Part shown: piece after piece, positions 1 through 9,071 of the stretch
Layout: each line of letters begins with the position of its first letter
Numbering within the stretch: position 1 is the stretch's first letter
Assembly (NCBI GenBank): GCA_022614955.1
Contig: JAKEHP010000027.1
Location: forward strand, 16,555-80,554
DNA from: Candidatus Methylomirabilota bacterium
GTDB lineage: Bacteria > Methylomirabilota > Methylomirabilia > Methylomirabilales > JACPAU01
Length of the DNA: 64,000 bases
Reading direction: 5' to 3'
The notes under the pieces: generated by a model
Databases searched by the model: none
Told to the model about the DNA's origin: nothing
Seen by the model: the letters and a program-made list of their open reading frames with translations, nothing else
Made by a program: the position numbers and the translations under genes

Positions 1-267
1 GCTTCACGGCAATCCAGAGGACGAGGGCGCCCCCGACCGCGCTCAGGTACGGGATGGCCAGGAGCTGGACGGCGACGATGGTGATGGCCACCCGCATCCC
101 TACGGCTGCCAGGGCCCCCCAGAAGATGCCCTGGCGCCGCTGCCGCTCGGGGAGGCTCCGGACCGCCATGGCGATGACGACGGCATTGTCGCCGGCGAGC
201 ACGATGTCAATGGCGACGATCCGGAGAAAGCGCCCGAGGAAGTCCAGGGTGAAGTACTCCGCCATGA
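1..267 (-). CDS. TerC/YjbE-family integral membrane protein (N-terminal part; gene runs off left edge)
   Basis: Reverse-strand ATG at 267 reads MAEYFTLDFLGRFLRIVAIDIVLAGDNAVVIAMAVRSLPERQRR... The DIVLAGDNAVVIA motif is typical of the TerC family. Absent from the ORF track because there is no stop inside the window. Confidence 0.7.
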
Positions 268-292
268 TCCCCCTGCCTCCGCGGATGGGAGC

Positions 293-1936
293 TCAGTAGC
301 CGGCCGCCGCGCCGTCCCCCCGGGGGTCCGCGCCGCCGAACCGGACGCCGGTCTCGGGATCTATCACGATGCCCTGGGCGTGCCCCATGCTCTCGCTCCA
401 GTCGGGCAGGACGTGGACCGGGTGCCCCCGCCGTGCGAGTTCGGCGGCGGTGGCGGGGGAGAACCGCCCCTCAAGGTAGAGAGCGCGGGTTGGGAGACCC
501 CAGGTCCGCCCGTAGAGCCATCGGGGGGCCTCGATGGCCGCCTGGATGTCGTAGCCGAAGTCCACGACCCGGGTGACGAGGGCGGCCTGGGTCTGGGGCT
601 GGCCCTCCCCCCCCATGGTCCCGTAGACCAGGTAGGGGCGGCGCTCCGCCAGCAGCATCGCGGGGATCAGGGTGTGGAAGGTCTGCTTCCGGGGGGCCAG
701 CGCGTTGACGTGGCCCGGGTCCAGGGAGAAGAACGAGCCCCGGTTCTGCATCAGGACCCCGGTGTCCCCGGCGACGATGCCGGAGCCGAAGTCGAAGTAG
801 ATGCTCTGGATGAGGGAGACGGCGTTGCCGGCGCCGTCCACCGCGGCCAACGCGACCGTGTCCCCCCCGGTGACCCCGGGGGCGTAGGCGCTCTCGGCGC
901 GCGTCATGGAGATCTGGGCCGCCCGCTCGGCAGCGTAGCCCTTGTCCAGGAGGCGGGCGAGGGGGGCCTTGAGCCAGTCGGGGTCCGTGACCCAGCGGTC
1001 CCGATCGGCGAAGGCCAGCTTGGTCGCCTCCACCATCAGTTGCAGGTAGTCGGGTGACCCATCCCCGTAGAGCGTCAGGTCGTGGGTCTCCAGGAGGTTG
1101 AGGAGACTCAGGGCCGCCACGCCCTGGGTGTTGGGCGGCAGGCTGACGGCGGTGTAGCCTCGGTACGTGGTGTGGATCGGCTCCACCCAGGTGGAGGTGT
1201 GGGTGGCAAAGTCCTCCGCGGTCAGGGGGCTGCCGTGCCGCTGCAGGAACTCGGCGATCCGCCGCGCCAGGCTCCCCCGGTAGAAGGCCTCCGCCCCTTC
1301 TCGGGCCATCTCTCGGATGGTGAGAGCCAACGCCCGCTGGCGCATCACCTGACCCTGACCGACCGGCTGTCCGTCGGAGCGGAGGTACGTCTGCCGGAAG
1401 CCTTCGAAGCGCTGCAGGTGCCGGATCCAGTCGTCGGAGGGATCGAGGTTCTTCGCCGTGCACTCCTCCTGGCTCCGGGTCACCGGGAAGCCGTCGCCCG
1501 CGTAGTGGATAGCGTCCGCGAGGAGGTCCCCCCAGGGAAGGCGCCCCCCGAGGGCCTCCCGGCTGTAGTCGTAGGCCTTTGCCCAGCCGTCCACGCACCC
1601 CGGGACCGTGTTGGCCGCCAAAAACCCCCGCGGCGGGATGGCATCCGTGATTCCCTGCTCCCGGTACCAGCCGATCGTGGCGGCCGCGGCCGACCGGCCG
1701 GTGGCGTTCAAGCCCCGCACCTGACGGGTGGTGGCGTCGTAGATAAGCCAGACGTTGTCCCCCCCGAGGCTGTTCATGTGGGGGTAGACCACGGCGATGG
1801 TGGTGGCGGCGGCGACGGTGGCCTCCACCGCATTGCCTCCCTGCCGCAGGACGCGGAGACCGCTCTGGGTCGCCAGGGTGTGGGGGGTAGCCACCATCCC
1901 TCGGAGGGCCATGCTGACGGAGCGCCCCGTGTGCAT
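293..1936 (-). CDS. ggt: gamma-glutamyltranspeptidase family protein
   Basis: 547-aa ORF. Has GMVATPHTLATQSG N-terminus, the GGDTVALAAVDGAGNAVSLIQSIY autoprocessing-type segment, and a C-terminal GGADPRGDG. Confidence 0.9.
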   Translation of the reverse strand: MHTGRSVSMALRGMVATPHTLATQSGLRVLRQGGNAVEATVAAATTIAVVYPHMNSLGGDNVWLIYDATTRQVRGLNATGRSAAAATIGWYREQGITDAIPPRGFLAANTVPGCVDGWAKAYDYSREALGGRLPWGDLLADAIHYAGDGFPVTRSQEECTAKNLDPSDDWIRHLQRFEGFRQTYLRSDGQPVGQGQVMRQRALALTIREMAREGAEAFYRGSLARRIAEFLQRHGSPLTAEDFATHTSTWVEPIHTTYRGYTAVSLPPNTQGVAALSLLNLLETHDLTLYGDGSPDYLQLMVEATKLAFADRDRWVTDPDWLKAPLARLLDKGYAAERAAQISMTRAESAYAPGVTGGDTVALAAVDGAGNAVSLIQSIYFDFGSGIVAGDTGVLMQNRGSFFSLDPGHVNALAPRKQTFHTLIPAMLLAERRPYLVYGTMGGEGQPQTQAALVTRVVDFGYDIQAAIEAPRWLYGRTWGLPTRALYLEGRFSPATAAELARRGHPVHVLPDWSESMGHAQGIVIDPETGVRFGGADPRGDGAAAGY

Positions 1937-2068
1937 GGGCGCGTCAAACCCTCTGCGGCACCACCCGGCCCCGGATCCGGGCGGGGAGAGGGAGGAGGGC
2001 AGGGAGGAAGAAGCGGGTAAGCGCCGTCACGGGGAAAAGGATGGCGACGGGGAGGGGGGCGGTCCCAC

Positions 2069-2536
2069 CTATTCTCCGCTCCCTGCGCCGGCGCGTCGGG
2101 AGGCGCCGGGCGGGACATAGTGGATGTAGGCGGTGAGCATCCGGATCTCCTCGTCCTTCAGGGTCACTTCGAGGAGCAGCAGGTCGGGGAGGGAGGCCAT
2201 GCCGATTAACTGGTTGCCCTCCACGACCGGGAGGTGGCGGACGTTTTTCTGCTTCATCTTGGCCAGCGCCGTCTCCACGGCCTCGTCCGCCTCGCCGACC
2301 AGGATCTCCTTCGTCATTACCTGGCCGATCGGCGTGGTCTTCGGGTCCAGGCCCCGGGCCACCACGCGGCTCATGAGGTCGCGCTCGCTGAACATCCCGA
2401 CGAGCAGGTCCCCCTCCAGGACGGGGACCGCCCCCAGGTGGCGCTCCGCCATGTACCGGGCCGCCTCGAGACACGATGTCCCGCGTGGGAGGCAGAAGAC
2501 ACTCTGCCCCGCGATGATATCGCGGAGGCGCTTCAT
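2069..2536 (-). CDS. CBS-domain pair protein
   Basis: 155 aa with two CBS-like repeats (HLGAVPVLEGDLLVGMFSERDL, VRHLPVVEGNQLIGMASLPDLL). Confidence 0.85.
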   Translation of the reverse strand: MKRLRDIIAGQSVFCLPRGTSCLEAARYMAERHLGAVPVLEGDLLVGMFSERDLMSRVVARGLDPKTTPIGQVMTKEILVGEADEAVETALAKMKQKNVRHLPVVEGNQLIGMASLPDLLLLEVTLKDEEIRMLTAYIHYVPPGASRRAGAGSGE

Positions 2537-2684
2537 GGATGTACCCTCCGGCTGCTATGGCACTCAAGAGCATAGACATTAGCATCGCCATCACGCTGGC
2601 GGCAAGGGCAATCGGATGGCGGGGGAGCCTTGGAGGTGGGGGAGGCCCCGGGCCGGGGCCCGGCCCGGGGTCCTCGTCGTCGGG

Positions 2685-3692
2685 TTACTGGACGGCCAGG
2701 CGCAGTGCGGTCTTCTCCTCGGGGGTGAAGGGGATGACCCCGGGGATGAGCCACTTCTCCCACATCTCGTCGGTCTTCCGCTGGAAGAACTCGATGTCTT
2801 CCTCGATGAAGTGCGCGAAGCGACCCTGCCGCTCCAGGTACTCTCGCACCGGCTTGCGCTTCCGGCCGGCCGCGATGGCCTTCGACTTGGAGTAGAAGCG
2901 GAGCTTCCCGTCCTCGACCTCGTAGAGGGGCCAGATGCCCGTCTCCACCGCCAGCTCCCCCAGCTCGTGGGAGAGCATGGGGTCGTAGTCCCAGCCCTTG
3001 GGGCAGGGGTCCAGGGAGTGGATGAACGTAGGGCCACCGATGGAGAGGCTTTTGCGCACCTTGTTCATCATGTCCACGGCGAAGGAGGCGCACACGGTGG
3101 CCACGTACCGGCAGGTGGGATGCCCGGCCGCCAGCATCGCCGCCATGTTCTTCTTCCACCGGCGGTTCATGATCCGGTACTTCTTTCCCGGGGGGGAGAA
3201 GGTGGTGTTGACCCCCCAGGGGGAGGAGCCGGAGACCTGGATGTCGGTGTTAGCGTAGGACTCGTTATCGTAGCAGAGGATCAGCAGGTTGTACCCCTCG
3301 TGCATGAGGGTGGCGGAGATGGCCGAGAGGCCCATGTCCACCCCGCCCCCGTCCCCGCAGAAGGCGATGACGTTGATGGGCTCCTGCGGGATCTTGCCCT
3401 TCCGCATGAGCACCTTCAAGGCCGCGGCGGTGCCGAGGCCGGCCGACCCCGAGGAGCCGAGCTGGGTGTGCATCCAGGGGACGACCCAGGAGGTGCTGTA
3501 GTAGGTGGTGTTCGCCACGTACATGCACCCCGTGCTTCCCAGGACGACGGTGCGGGGCCCCGCCGCCTTCACCATCAGCTTCATGACCAGGGCCGACTCG
3601 CACCCCTGGCAGGTCCGGTGGCCGGAGGTGAAGTACTCCTCCTGGGTCACCTTCTTGACGCCCTTAAAGGGCTCGAGCTGCAGTGTCTGCAT
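2685..3692 (-). CDS. 2-oxoacid:ferredoxin oxidoreductase, beta (TPP-binding) subunit
   Basis: CQGCESAL N-terminal Cys motif and TPP motif FCGDGGGVDMG...CYDNESYANT. Directly downstream of the alpha subunit. Confidence 0.9.
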   Translation of the reverse strand: MQTLQLEPFKGVKKVTQEEYFTSGHRTCQGCESALVMKLMVKAAGPRTVVLGSTGCMYVANTTYYSTSWVVPWMHTQLGSSGSAGLGTAAALKVLMRKGKIPQEPINVIAFCGDGGGVDMGLSAISATLMHEGYNLLILCYDNESYANTDIQVSGSSPWGVNTTFSPPGKKYRIMNRRWKKNMAAMLAAGHPTCRYVATVCASFAVDMMNKVRKSLSIGGPTFIHSLDPCPKGWDYDPMLSHELGELAVETGIWPLYEVEDGKLRFYSKSKAIAAGRKRKPVREYLERQGRFAHFIEEDIEFFQRKTDEMWEKWLIPGVIPFTPEEKTALRLAVQ

Positions 3693-3697
3693 GGTGG

Positions 3698-4912
3698 TTA
3701 CCCCCTGACCCCGACCCAGGTGGTCGGCTTGTCAACGCGCCCCGTCTTAGCCGTCTTGACCGTTGTCTCCACCATCTCCACCACGTCCGGAATCGTGACC
3801 TCCCGCCCGCCCAGGCCGCAGATGAAGCCCAGGATCGGAGGCCGCGTGTCGGCCCCGTAGAGGGCGGACCGGATCTCGTTGTAGAGGACGCCGCCGTCGT
3901 TCGGCGAGCCGAAGGAGTAGTCGCGATCCACCACCCCGACCGCCTTGAAGCGCGAGAGGGTCTGGGTGATCTCCTCCGTGGGGAAGGGCCGGAGCCACTT
4001 CAGCCGGACGAAGCCCACCTTCTGCCCCTGCTCCCGGAGCTTCCGGACCGTCACCTTCACCGGCAGCCCCAGCGTCCCCTGGCCGATCAGGACCACCTCC
4101 GCGTCCTCGGTCATGTACTCCTCGAGCCAGGGGTCACCGCCGCGGCCGAAGATCCGCTTGAAGTCGCGGTTGGCCTCCACGATGACGCCCCGGGCTCGCT
4201 TCATCGCCTCGCTGTTCTGCATCCGGATCTCCATCAGCCAGTCCTCATTCACCTGCGGGGCGATGGTGATGGGGTTGTCCGGGTGCAGGCGCTTGTCCCC
4301 CCGGTCATAGGGGGGGAGGAACTCGGTCACCTGCTCCTTGGTGGGGAGCCGGACCAGGTGCTGGGAGTGGGTCAGGAAGGCCCCGTCCATCCCCAGAGCG
4401 CAGGGGAGGAAGACCTTGGGGTTCTCCGCCACCCGGTAGGCCATCAGAGCGGTATCCAGCGCCTCCTGCGCGCCCTCGATCCAGGTGAGCATCCAGCCGA
4501 GGTCCCGGACCGCCAGGGCGTCGTTGTGCTCGCACCCGAAGGCCCCGGGGTCGTCGAGGGCCCGGTTTCCCACCAGGGCGACCATCGGGAGGCGCAGCCC
4601 GGCGGTGACGGCCAGCGCCTCCATGGCGTAGAACCAGCCCACGCCCGAGGAGCCGACGAACACCCGGGCGCCCACGGCTGAGGCGTGCTTCACGATCTCG
4701 AACTGGGAGTGCTCGCTCTCCGCCACGATGTACTCGGCGTCGAGATCGCCGTTGGAGATCATCTTCGCGACCATCTGCATGACGGTGTCGTAGGGCCGGA
4801 TAGGGTAGGCTGTCACCACGTCAATGTCGGCCAGCCGGCAGGCGTGGGCGATGGCCTCACACCCGCTGATGAGCTCCTCCCGCTCCCCGGCCTTCGCAGT
4901 CAGTGCGCTCAC
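3698..4912 (-). CDS. 2-oxoacid:ferredoxin oxidoreductase, alpha subunit
   Basis: GTG start at 4912 preceded by GGAGGG. Reads MSALTAKAGEREELISGCEAIAHACRLADIDVVTAYPIRPYD..., PorA/KorA-like. The longer 602-aa track ORF has a low-complexity upstream extension. Confidence 0.85.
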   Translation of the reverse strand: MSALTAKAGEREELISGCEAIAHACRLADIDVVTAYPIRPYDTVMQMVAKMISNGDLDAEYIVAESEHSQFEIVKHASAVGARVFVGSSGVGWFYAMEALAVTAGLRLPMVALVGNRALDDPGAFGCEHNDALAVRDLGWMLTWIEGAQEALDTALMAYRVAENPKVFLPCALGMDGAFLTHSQHLVRLPTKEQVTEFLPPYDRGDKRLHPDNPITIAPQVNEDWLMEIRMQNSEAMKRARGVIVEANRDFKRIFGRGGDPWLEEYMTEDAEVVLIGQGTLGLPVKVTVRKLREQGQKVGFVRLKWLRPFPTEEITQTLSRFKAVGVVDRDYSFGSPNDGGVLYNEIRSALYGADTRPPILGFICGLGGREVTIPDVVEMVETTVKTAKTGRVDKPTTWVGVRG

Positions 4913-4980
4913 GAGTATCCCTCCTGTTTCGCCAGCCGCTGCGACACCGCGGCACCCCGCGATGCCGGTGCGCGGGATCT

Positions 4981-6180
4981 CTAGCCCGGCCCTGCCCCCG
5001 GCTCCTCGTTGATGATCGCCACCTCGCCGGCCGGTTCCGTCTTCCGCATCTCGGCTAGCTCTTGCTTGTACTGGGTCACGTGGCTGAAGCCGTGGGAGCG
5101 GGCAGGCCGATTGGTGATGATCTGCTGCACCCAGGTCCGGTACCCGTCCTCGTCCTTCTGCCACGCTTCCCATTGGGACGCGTTGTCCGGGAAGGCGGTC
5201 TCGTTGACCATGGTGATGCAGTTCTCCACCGGGCAGACGGCCTCGCAGACCCCGCACCCGCAGCAGGCCTGCATGTTGGCATCGTAGAGACCGTCCGGCG
5301 TGATGTCGAAGCAGGAGTCGGGGCACTGGAGCCAGCAGAGGGTGCACTTGGTGCACTTCTCGAAATCCACCACCGGCCGCATCGTCCGGGTGCTGAACTT
5401 CTTGAAGGTGGGGTTCCGGCCGGGGCGGTAGCCCCCGTCCCACCCCTCCACCTGTTCCCGGACCGGGATGGCCGGGATCACCAGCCCCTCCCGCATCTCC
5501 TGCCACTTGGGCATCTCGAAGGTGTAGGGGGTCTCGGGGTTGCCGGTGCCAGGCGCCACGAGGTGCTTTTGGGCCCGGTCATAGGTCTTGCGGGCCGACT
5601 TGACCTTCAGCTCATCCCCCCACTCCTCCAGGATCGCCTTTTCCACCGAGCCGATGCGGACCAGGTGCGGCGCCACTTTGGCCACCGCCCCCAGGACTCG
5701 CACGTCGGTGTGGTCATCCTTGTAGACCCAGAGGCCCGAGAAGGAGACGGTCCCCTTCACCACGGCGATGTGGTAGGGGACCTCCTTGCTATGGGCCATC
5801 GTGAGGAGCGCATCCGGCTCCTCCATGGAGGTGACCAGGAGGGTCCCGTCCTTCTTGAGGAGCTTGTTGATGGGCTGCAGCCCGTACCAGGCCCAGGACT
5901 CCACCCCCTTGCAGAGGGTGTCGTCCACCGCGATGCTGACGTCGGTCTCCTTGGGCTCGTACTGGGCCATGCTGATCTGGAGCTCCTCCTCGGTATCGGC
6001 CACGATGGCAAACTGCTTGGCCGGAATCCCGTTTCGCTCCGGTGAGTCGCCGTAGCGTCCGAAGGCGATCCCGCGCTTCCCCTCCTTGACCGCGGCCAGC
6101 ACGATCCCCCGGCAGATTTTCTGCGCGAGGTGCTTCTGGAAAATGCCGCGGTACACAACCTCCACCGAGTGCGTGCTCAT
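4981..6180 (-). CDS. 2-oxoacid:ferredoxin oxidoreductase, fused gamma + delta (2x[4Fe-4S] ferredoxin) subunit
   Basis: ATG 6180 preceded by AGGAGGG. N-terminal gamma-like domain, C-terminal CTKCTLCWLQCP and CCGCGVCEAVCP ferredoxin motifs. Confidence 0.85.
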   Translation of the reverse strand: MSTHSVEVVYRGIFQKHLAQKICRGIVLAAVKEGKRGIAFGRYGDSPERNGIPAKQFAIVADTEEELQISMAQYEPKETDVSIAVDDTLCKGVESWAWYGLQPINKLLKKDGTLLVTSMEEPDALLTMAHSKEVPYHIAVVKGTVSFSGLWVYKDDHTDVRVLGAVAKVAPHLVRIGSVEKAILEEWGDELKVKSARKTYDRAQKHLVAPGTGNPETPYTFEMPKWQEMREGLVIPAIPVREQVEGWDGGYRPGRNPTFKKFSTRTMRPVVDFEKCTKCTLCWLQCPDSCFDITPDGLYDANMQACCGCGVCEAVCPVENCITMVNETAFPDNASQWEAWQKDEDGYRTWVQQIITNRPARSHGFSHVTQYKQELAEMRKTEPAGEVAIINEEPGAGPG

Positions 6181-6211
6181 GGATCCCTCCTGGGGGTGGG
6201 CGGTCTCGCCG

Positions 6212-6955
6212 CTACGGGCGCGCAGCGCCGCTGGCGGCCTCACGCGACGGAGAAAAGATATTCTCCTCGATGCCTTCGATGTGCTCCCGCATCAGCCGCT
6301 CCGCCTCCTCCGGGTCTCCCTTCTTCAGGGCCTCCAGGATGTCCCGGTGCTTGAGGTAAGAGAGGCGGGGGCGATTCTCGGTCTGCAGGGACTTCTCCCG
6401 GCTCTGGTGGAGCAGATCCACGATCGCGTTCACCAGCCGGAGGAGGACAGCATTGCGGGCGGCCTCGGCGATGGCGAAGTGGAAGGCCGAGTCGGCGTCC
6501 ACCCCCGAGCCCCCCCCGGCAATCGCCCGCTCCTGGTCCGCCAGGATGACTTCCATTCGCGCAAGGTCCTCGGGCGTGGCCCGTTCCGCCGCTAGGGCGG
6601 CGAGCTCCGGCTCGATTATGCGGCGGGTTTCGAACAGCTCCACCTGGCTGCGCTTCTCGTGGAAGAGGGCGGATGCCATCGGCTGGATCAGGGATTCAAT
6701 GGAGGGGGCGGAGACGAAGGTGCCGTCCCCCGCGCGGGACTGGACTAGGCCCATGGACTCCAGGGCGCGGATCGCCTCCCGGACGGAGGTGCGGCTCACC
6801 TTGAAGGTCTCCGAAAGCTCCCGCTCGGCGGGGAGCTGATCCCCCGACTTGAGCCGGCCCTGGCTGATGAGGTCGGAGATCTGTGTGACGATGTCCTCGT
6901 AGACGCGAGTCTTCTTGACTGCGCGGAGTGCCGGCGGGTGCGCAGGTCTGGCCAT
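6212..6955 (-). CDS. GntR-family transcriptional regulator, FadR/FCD subfamily
   Basis: wHTH segment LPAERELSETFKVSRTSVREAIRALESMGLV plus a helical FCD-like C-terminal domain. In-frame alternative starts at 6967 and 7006. Confidence 0.8.
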   Translation of the reverse strand: MARPAHPPALRAVKKTRVYEDIVTQISDLISQGRLKSGDQLPAERELSETFKVSRTSVREAIRALESMGLVQSRAGDGTFVSAPSIESLIQPMASALFHEKRSQVELFETRRIIEPELAALAAERATPEDLARMEVILADQERAIAGGGSGVDADSAFHFAIAEAARNAVLLRLVNAIVDLLHQSREKSLQTENRPRLSYLKHRDILEALKKGDPEEAERLMREHIEGIEENIFSPSREAASGAARP

Positions 6956-7024
6956 CGCCCCCTCCATGCCGGTCAGCCGCTCCCTTACCACGCGAGACAT
7001 GGGCATGATGGTTTGAAGGTCTAG

Positions 7025-7034
7025 TGGTCTGACC
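7025..7034. promoter_or_regulatory. candidate FadR-type operator (TGGTCTGACC)
   Basis: Palindromic core GGTC-T-GACC resembles the E. coli FadR half-site pattern TGGTCnGAC. Lies between the predicted -10 and the GntR gene start. Confidence 0.3.
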
Positions 7035-7044
7035 GGTGAGCCTC

Positions 7045-7073
7045 ACGTTAGCCCTCGATCCCCAACGTGTCAA
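7045..7073 (-). promoter_or_regulatory. candidate sigma70 promoter of the GntR/oxidoreductase operon
   Basis: Reverse strand reads TTGACA-17 nt-TAACGT, preceded by an A/T-rich (UP-like) tract. One of the few AT-rich spots in the window. Confidence 0.4.
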
Positions 7074-7139
7074 GAAAAAAATTCCTCCTCCATTCGGCCG
7101 ATAGATTCATTAAAAGTAAGCAGTTATATCTACCAAATT

Positions 7140-7250
7140 GACTACGGCATGTACCACGTCCCCGAGACCTTCTTTATTGACTGGGAGGGGAGGATCGCCC
7201 ACAAGCACGTGGGGGAGATCCCGGTGGAGACGCTCACCCGCGTGCTCTGA
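7140..7250 (+). pseudogene. C-terminal remnant of a TlpA/ResA-like thioredoxin-fold protein
   Basis: Frame reads DYGMYHVPETFFIDWEGRIAHKHVGEIPVETLTRVL*, the typical C-terminal beta-alpha of redoxins. No N-terminal CxxC part or credible start. Upstream DNA is an AT-rich junction. Confidence 0.5.
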
Positions 7251-7340
7251 TGGCGGGACGCGCGGAAGGGGATCGGGGGGATCCGCACCGACCACCCTGG
7301 ACCGGCCCGCTCCACGGGCAAGGCGGTCGAGGCCTCCCGG

Positions 7341-8093
7341 TCAGAGGGCGCCGGCCATGAGGATCGGCCCGGCCGGGCGGTGGGCGACCGGGATCCGCTC
7401 CCGGGTGACCGCGAGCCCCCGGGCCGTGCTGAGGTCCGGCAGGCCGGTGAGGGTCAGGCGTGCGCTGCCGCGGGCGTCTGGAGAGAAGGCGGCCGCGGGG
7501 ACCATGTCCGTAGCCGTCTTGACCCACAGCCAGTAGGATTCCCCCTCGGCCAGCGGGGGGAGGTTGACCGCGAAGAGGCGCATGCCCCGCTGCTGGTTCC
7601 AAAGGGCCTGCGCCTCGGGGGGGGGGACCGGCTCGGCCCCGACCATCCGGATGATCCGGGTGCAGGGGTCGGTCATGATGGCCATGAGATCCTCGTGCTC
7701 GGCCAGGCGAACGTGGAGCCCCCGGATGAGCGCGGCCTGCTCCCGGACCTGTCCCCGGAGGGTCAGGCCGTAGGTGAGGCCGGCTACCGCTACTAGGGCT
7801 GCGGCTGCCCACGCCGCGGCCAGGCCCCAGGTGGGACGCCGGCGCACCGCGGGGGCTGTTGCCTGCTGGCCGGGGGCGGCCCGAGCCAGGACCCTTTCCC
7901 GGAGGACCGGCGGCGGGACCTTCGCCGCTGCGTCGTAGGCGAGGAGCGAGGCCACCTGCTCGAAGGCGCCCACGCCCGCCGTGCAGGTGGGGCACCCGCG
8001 GGCCAGGTGCTCCTCGAGCGGCTCCCGCTCCTCGGGCGGCAGCGCCCCCACCGCGTACAGGGCATACCGGTCCCGCAGCTCCTCGCAGGTCAT
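7341..8093 (-). CDS. anti-sigma factor (zf-HC2 N-terminus, single TM, RskA-like C-terminal domain)
   Basis: HLARGCPTC (H-x3-C-x2-C) motif and central hydrophobic helix. ATGA overlap with the upstream ECF sigma gene. Confidence 0.75.
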   Translation of the reverse strand: MTCEELRDRYALYAVGALPPEEREPLEEHLARGCPTCTAGVGAFEQVASLLAYDAAAKVPPPVLRERVLARAAPGQQATAPAVRRRPTWGLAAAWAAAALVAVAGLTYGLTLRGQVREQAALIRGLHVRLAEHEDLMAIMTDPCTRIIRMVGAEPVPPPEAQALWNQQRGMRLFAVNLPPLAEGESYWLWVKTATDMVPAAAFSPDARGSARLTLTGLPDLSTARGLAVTRERIPVAHRPAGPILMAGAL

Positions 8094-8665
8094 TCCCGAC
8101 CCTCCCCGAGGACAGGCCTGAGGAGCGCCCGCAGCTTCTCCATCCCGAGCCGCAGGCGTCCCTTTACCGTCCCCACGGGGTTCCCCGTCTGCATCGCGAT
8201 CTCGACGTGGGTGAGGCCCTCGAAATAGGCCAGTGCGATGGCGGTTCGCTGCTCCGGCGGGAGGAGCATGAGCGCCTTCCGGACGGCATCCCGCCGCTCG
8301 CGCTCCTCCAGGTCCCCCCCGGGGCCATCCCCGGGCTCCAGCGCCTCCTCCCCGGTCGACCCCGCCGCCTCATCCCAGCGCCGCCGCCGCCGCCGGTCAA
8401 TCGCCCGGCTCCTGGCGATGGTCAGGAGCCAGGTGCGGGGGGTGCCCCGCCCCGGGGCGTAGAGGGCCGCCTGAGCCCAGGTCTGGGTGAAGACATCCTG
8501 CAGCACCTCCTCGGCGTCCGCGGCGTTCCCGGTTACCCGGGCGGCGAGTCCGAACACCAGGGGGGCGTAGCGGTCGTAGAAGTCCGCGAGGGCACACGAA
8601 TCCCCTTGCGCCATCGCCCGGATCAGGCGCCCGTCGTCCACGCGCTCCGCCCTCGCGGCTCCCAC
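8090..8665 (-). CDS. ECF (group IV) RNA polymerase sigma factor
   Basis: Region 2 (FYDRYAPLVFGLAARVTGN..AEEVLQDVF) and region 4 (LPPEQRTAIALAYFEGLTHVEIA) are recognisable. Confidence 0.9.
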   Translation of the reverse strand: MGAARAERVDDGRLIRAMAQGDSCALADFYDRYAPLVFGLAARVTGNAADAEEVLQDVFTQTWAQAALYAPGRGTPRTWLLTIARSRAIDRRRRRRWDEAAGSTGEEALEPGDGPGGDLEERERRDAVRKALMLLPPEQRTAIALAYFEGLTHVEIAMQTGNPVGTVKGRLRLGMEKLRALLRPVLGEGRE

Positions 8666-9071
8666 CTCTTCACGCCGATATACGAGGCGACCCGCCCGGA
8701 AGGATCAGTCCGCCCCGCTCGCCCGGCGCCCGAGCTTATTCCGGGCGGCAGGGCCGCGTCAATGGGGGGCCCTCCGGGTGATCCGTGCGGTTCCCCGGTC
8801 CGTATTGGACGTCGAGGGGGGCCGTGCGCCGGGGTGCGCCCCCGTTCAGGGCGAGGCCTGAGTCGGTGAAGGGATTCCGCCGAGACCGAACGGATGATTC
8901 AGGGACTTCTGGGGGAAACGTCACAGCCGATTGTCCCGGAATTTGCGGCTTCCCCATCAGCATCCCTGGAACCCAGCGGGGTAGACTCCAGCCTCATGCG
9001 GTGGGACGTCCATCCTCAAAGAAGTCAATGCCATTCTTCGTTGAAATTGCGAAGCGACCTCAGTCATAGCG

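Noticed and set aside
2646-2670. 9-bp all-GC hairpin (CCCCGGGCC-N7-GGCCCGGGG) between the oxidoreductase beta subunit and the CBS gene. A similar one lies at 55980..56004 before cobA.
   Set aside because: No U-tract on either strand, so not a convincing intrinsic terminator. Such GC palindromes are frequent in high-GC intergenic DNA.
3698-5506. Over-long track ORFs with N-terminal extensions. This one, plus 36401..37831, 33037..33873, 37063..38238, 26313..28586 and 4981..6243.
   Set aside because: The extensions are low-complexity, overlap upstream genes, and are followed by internal starts with good RBS where family homology begins. Shorter coordinates were used.
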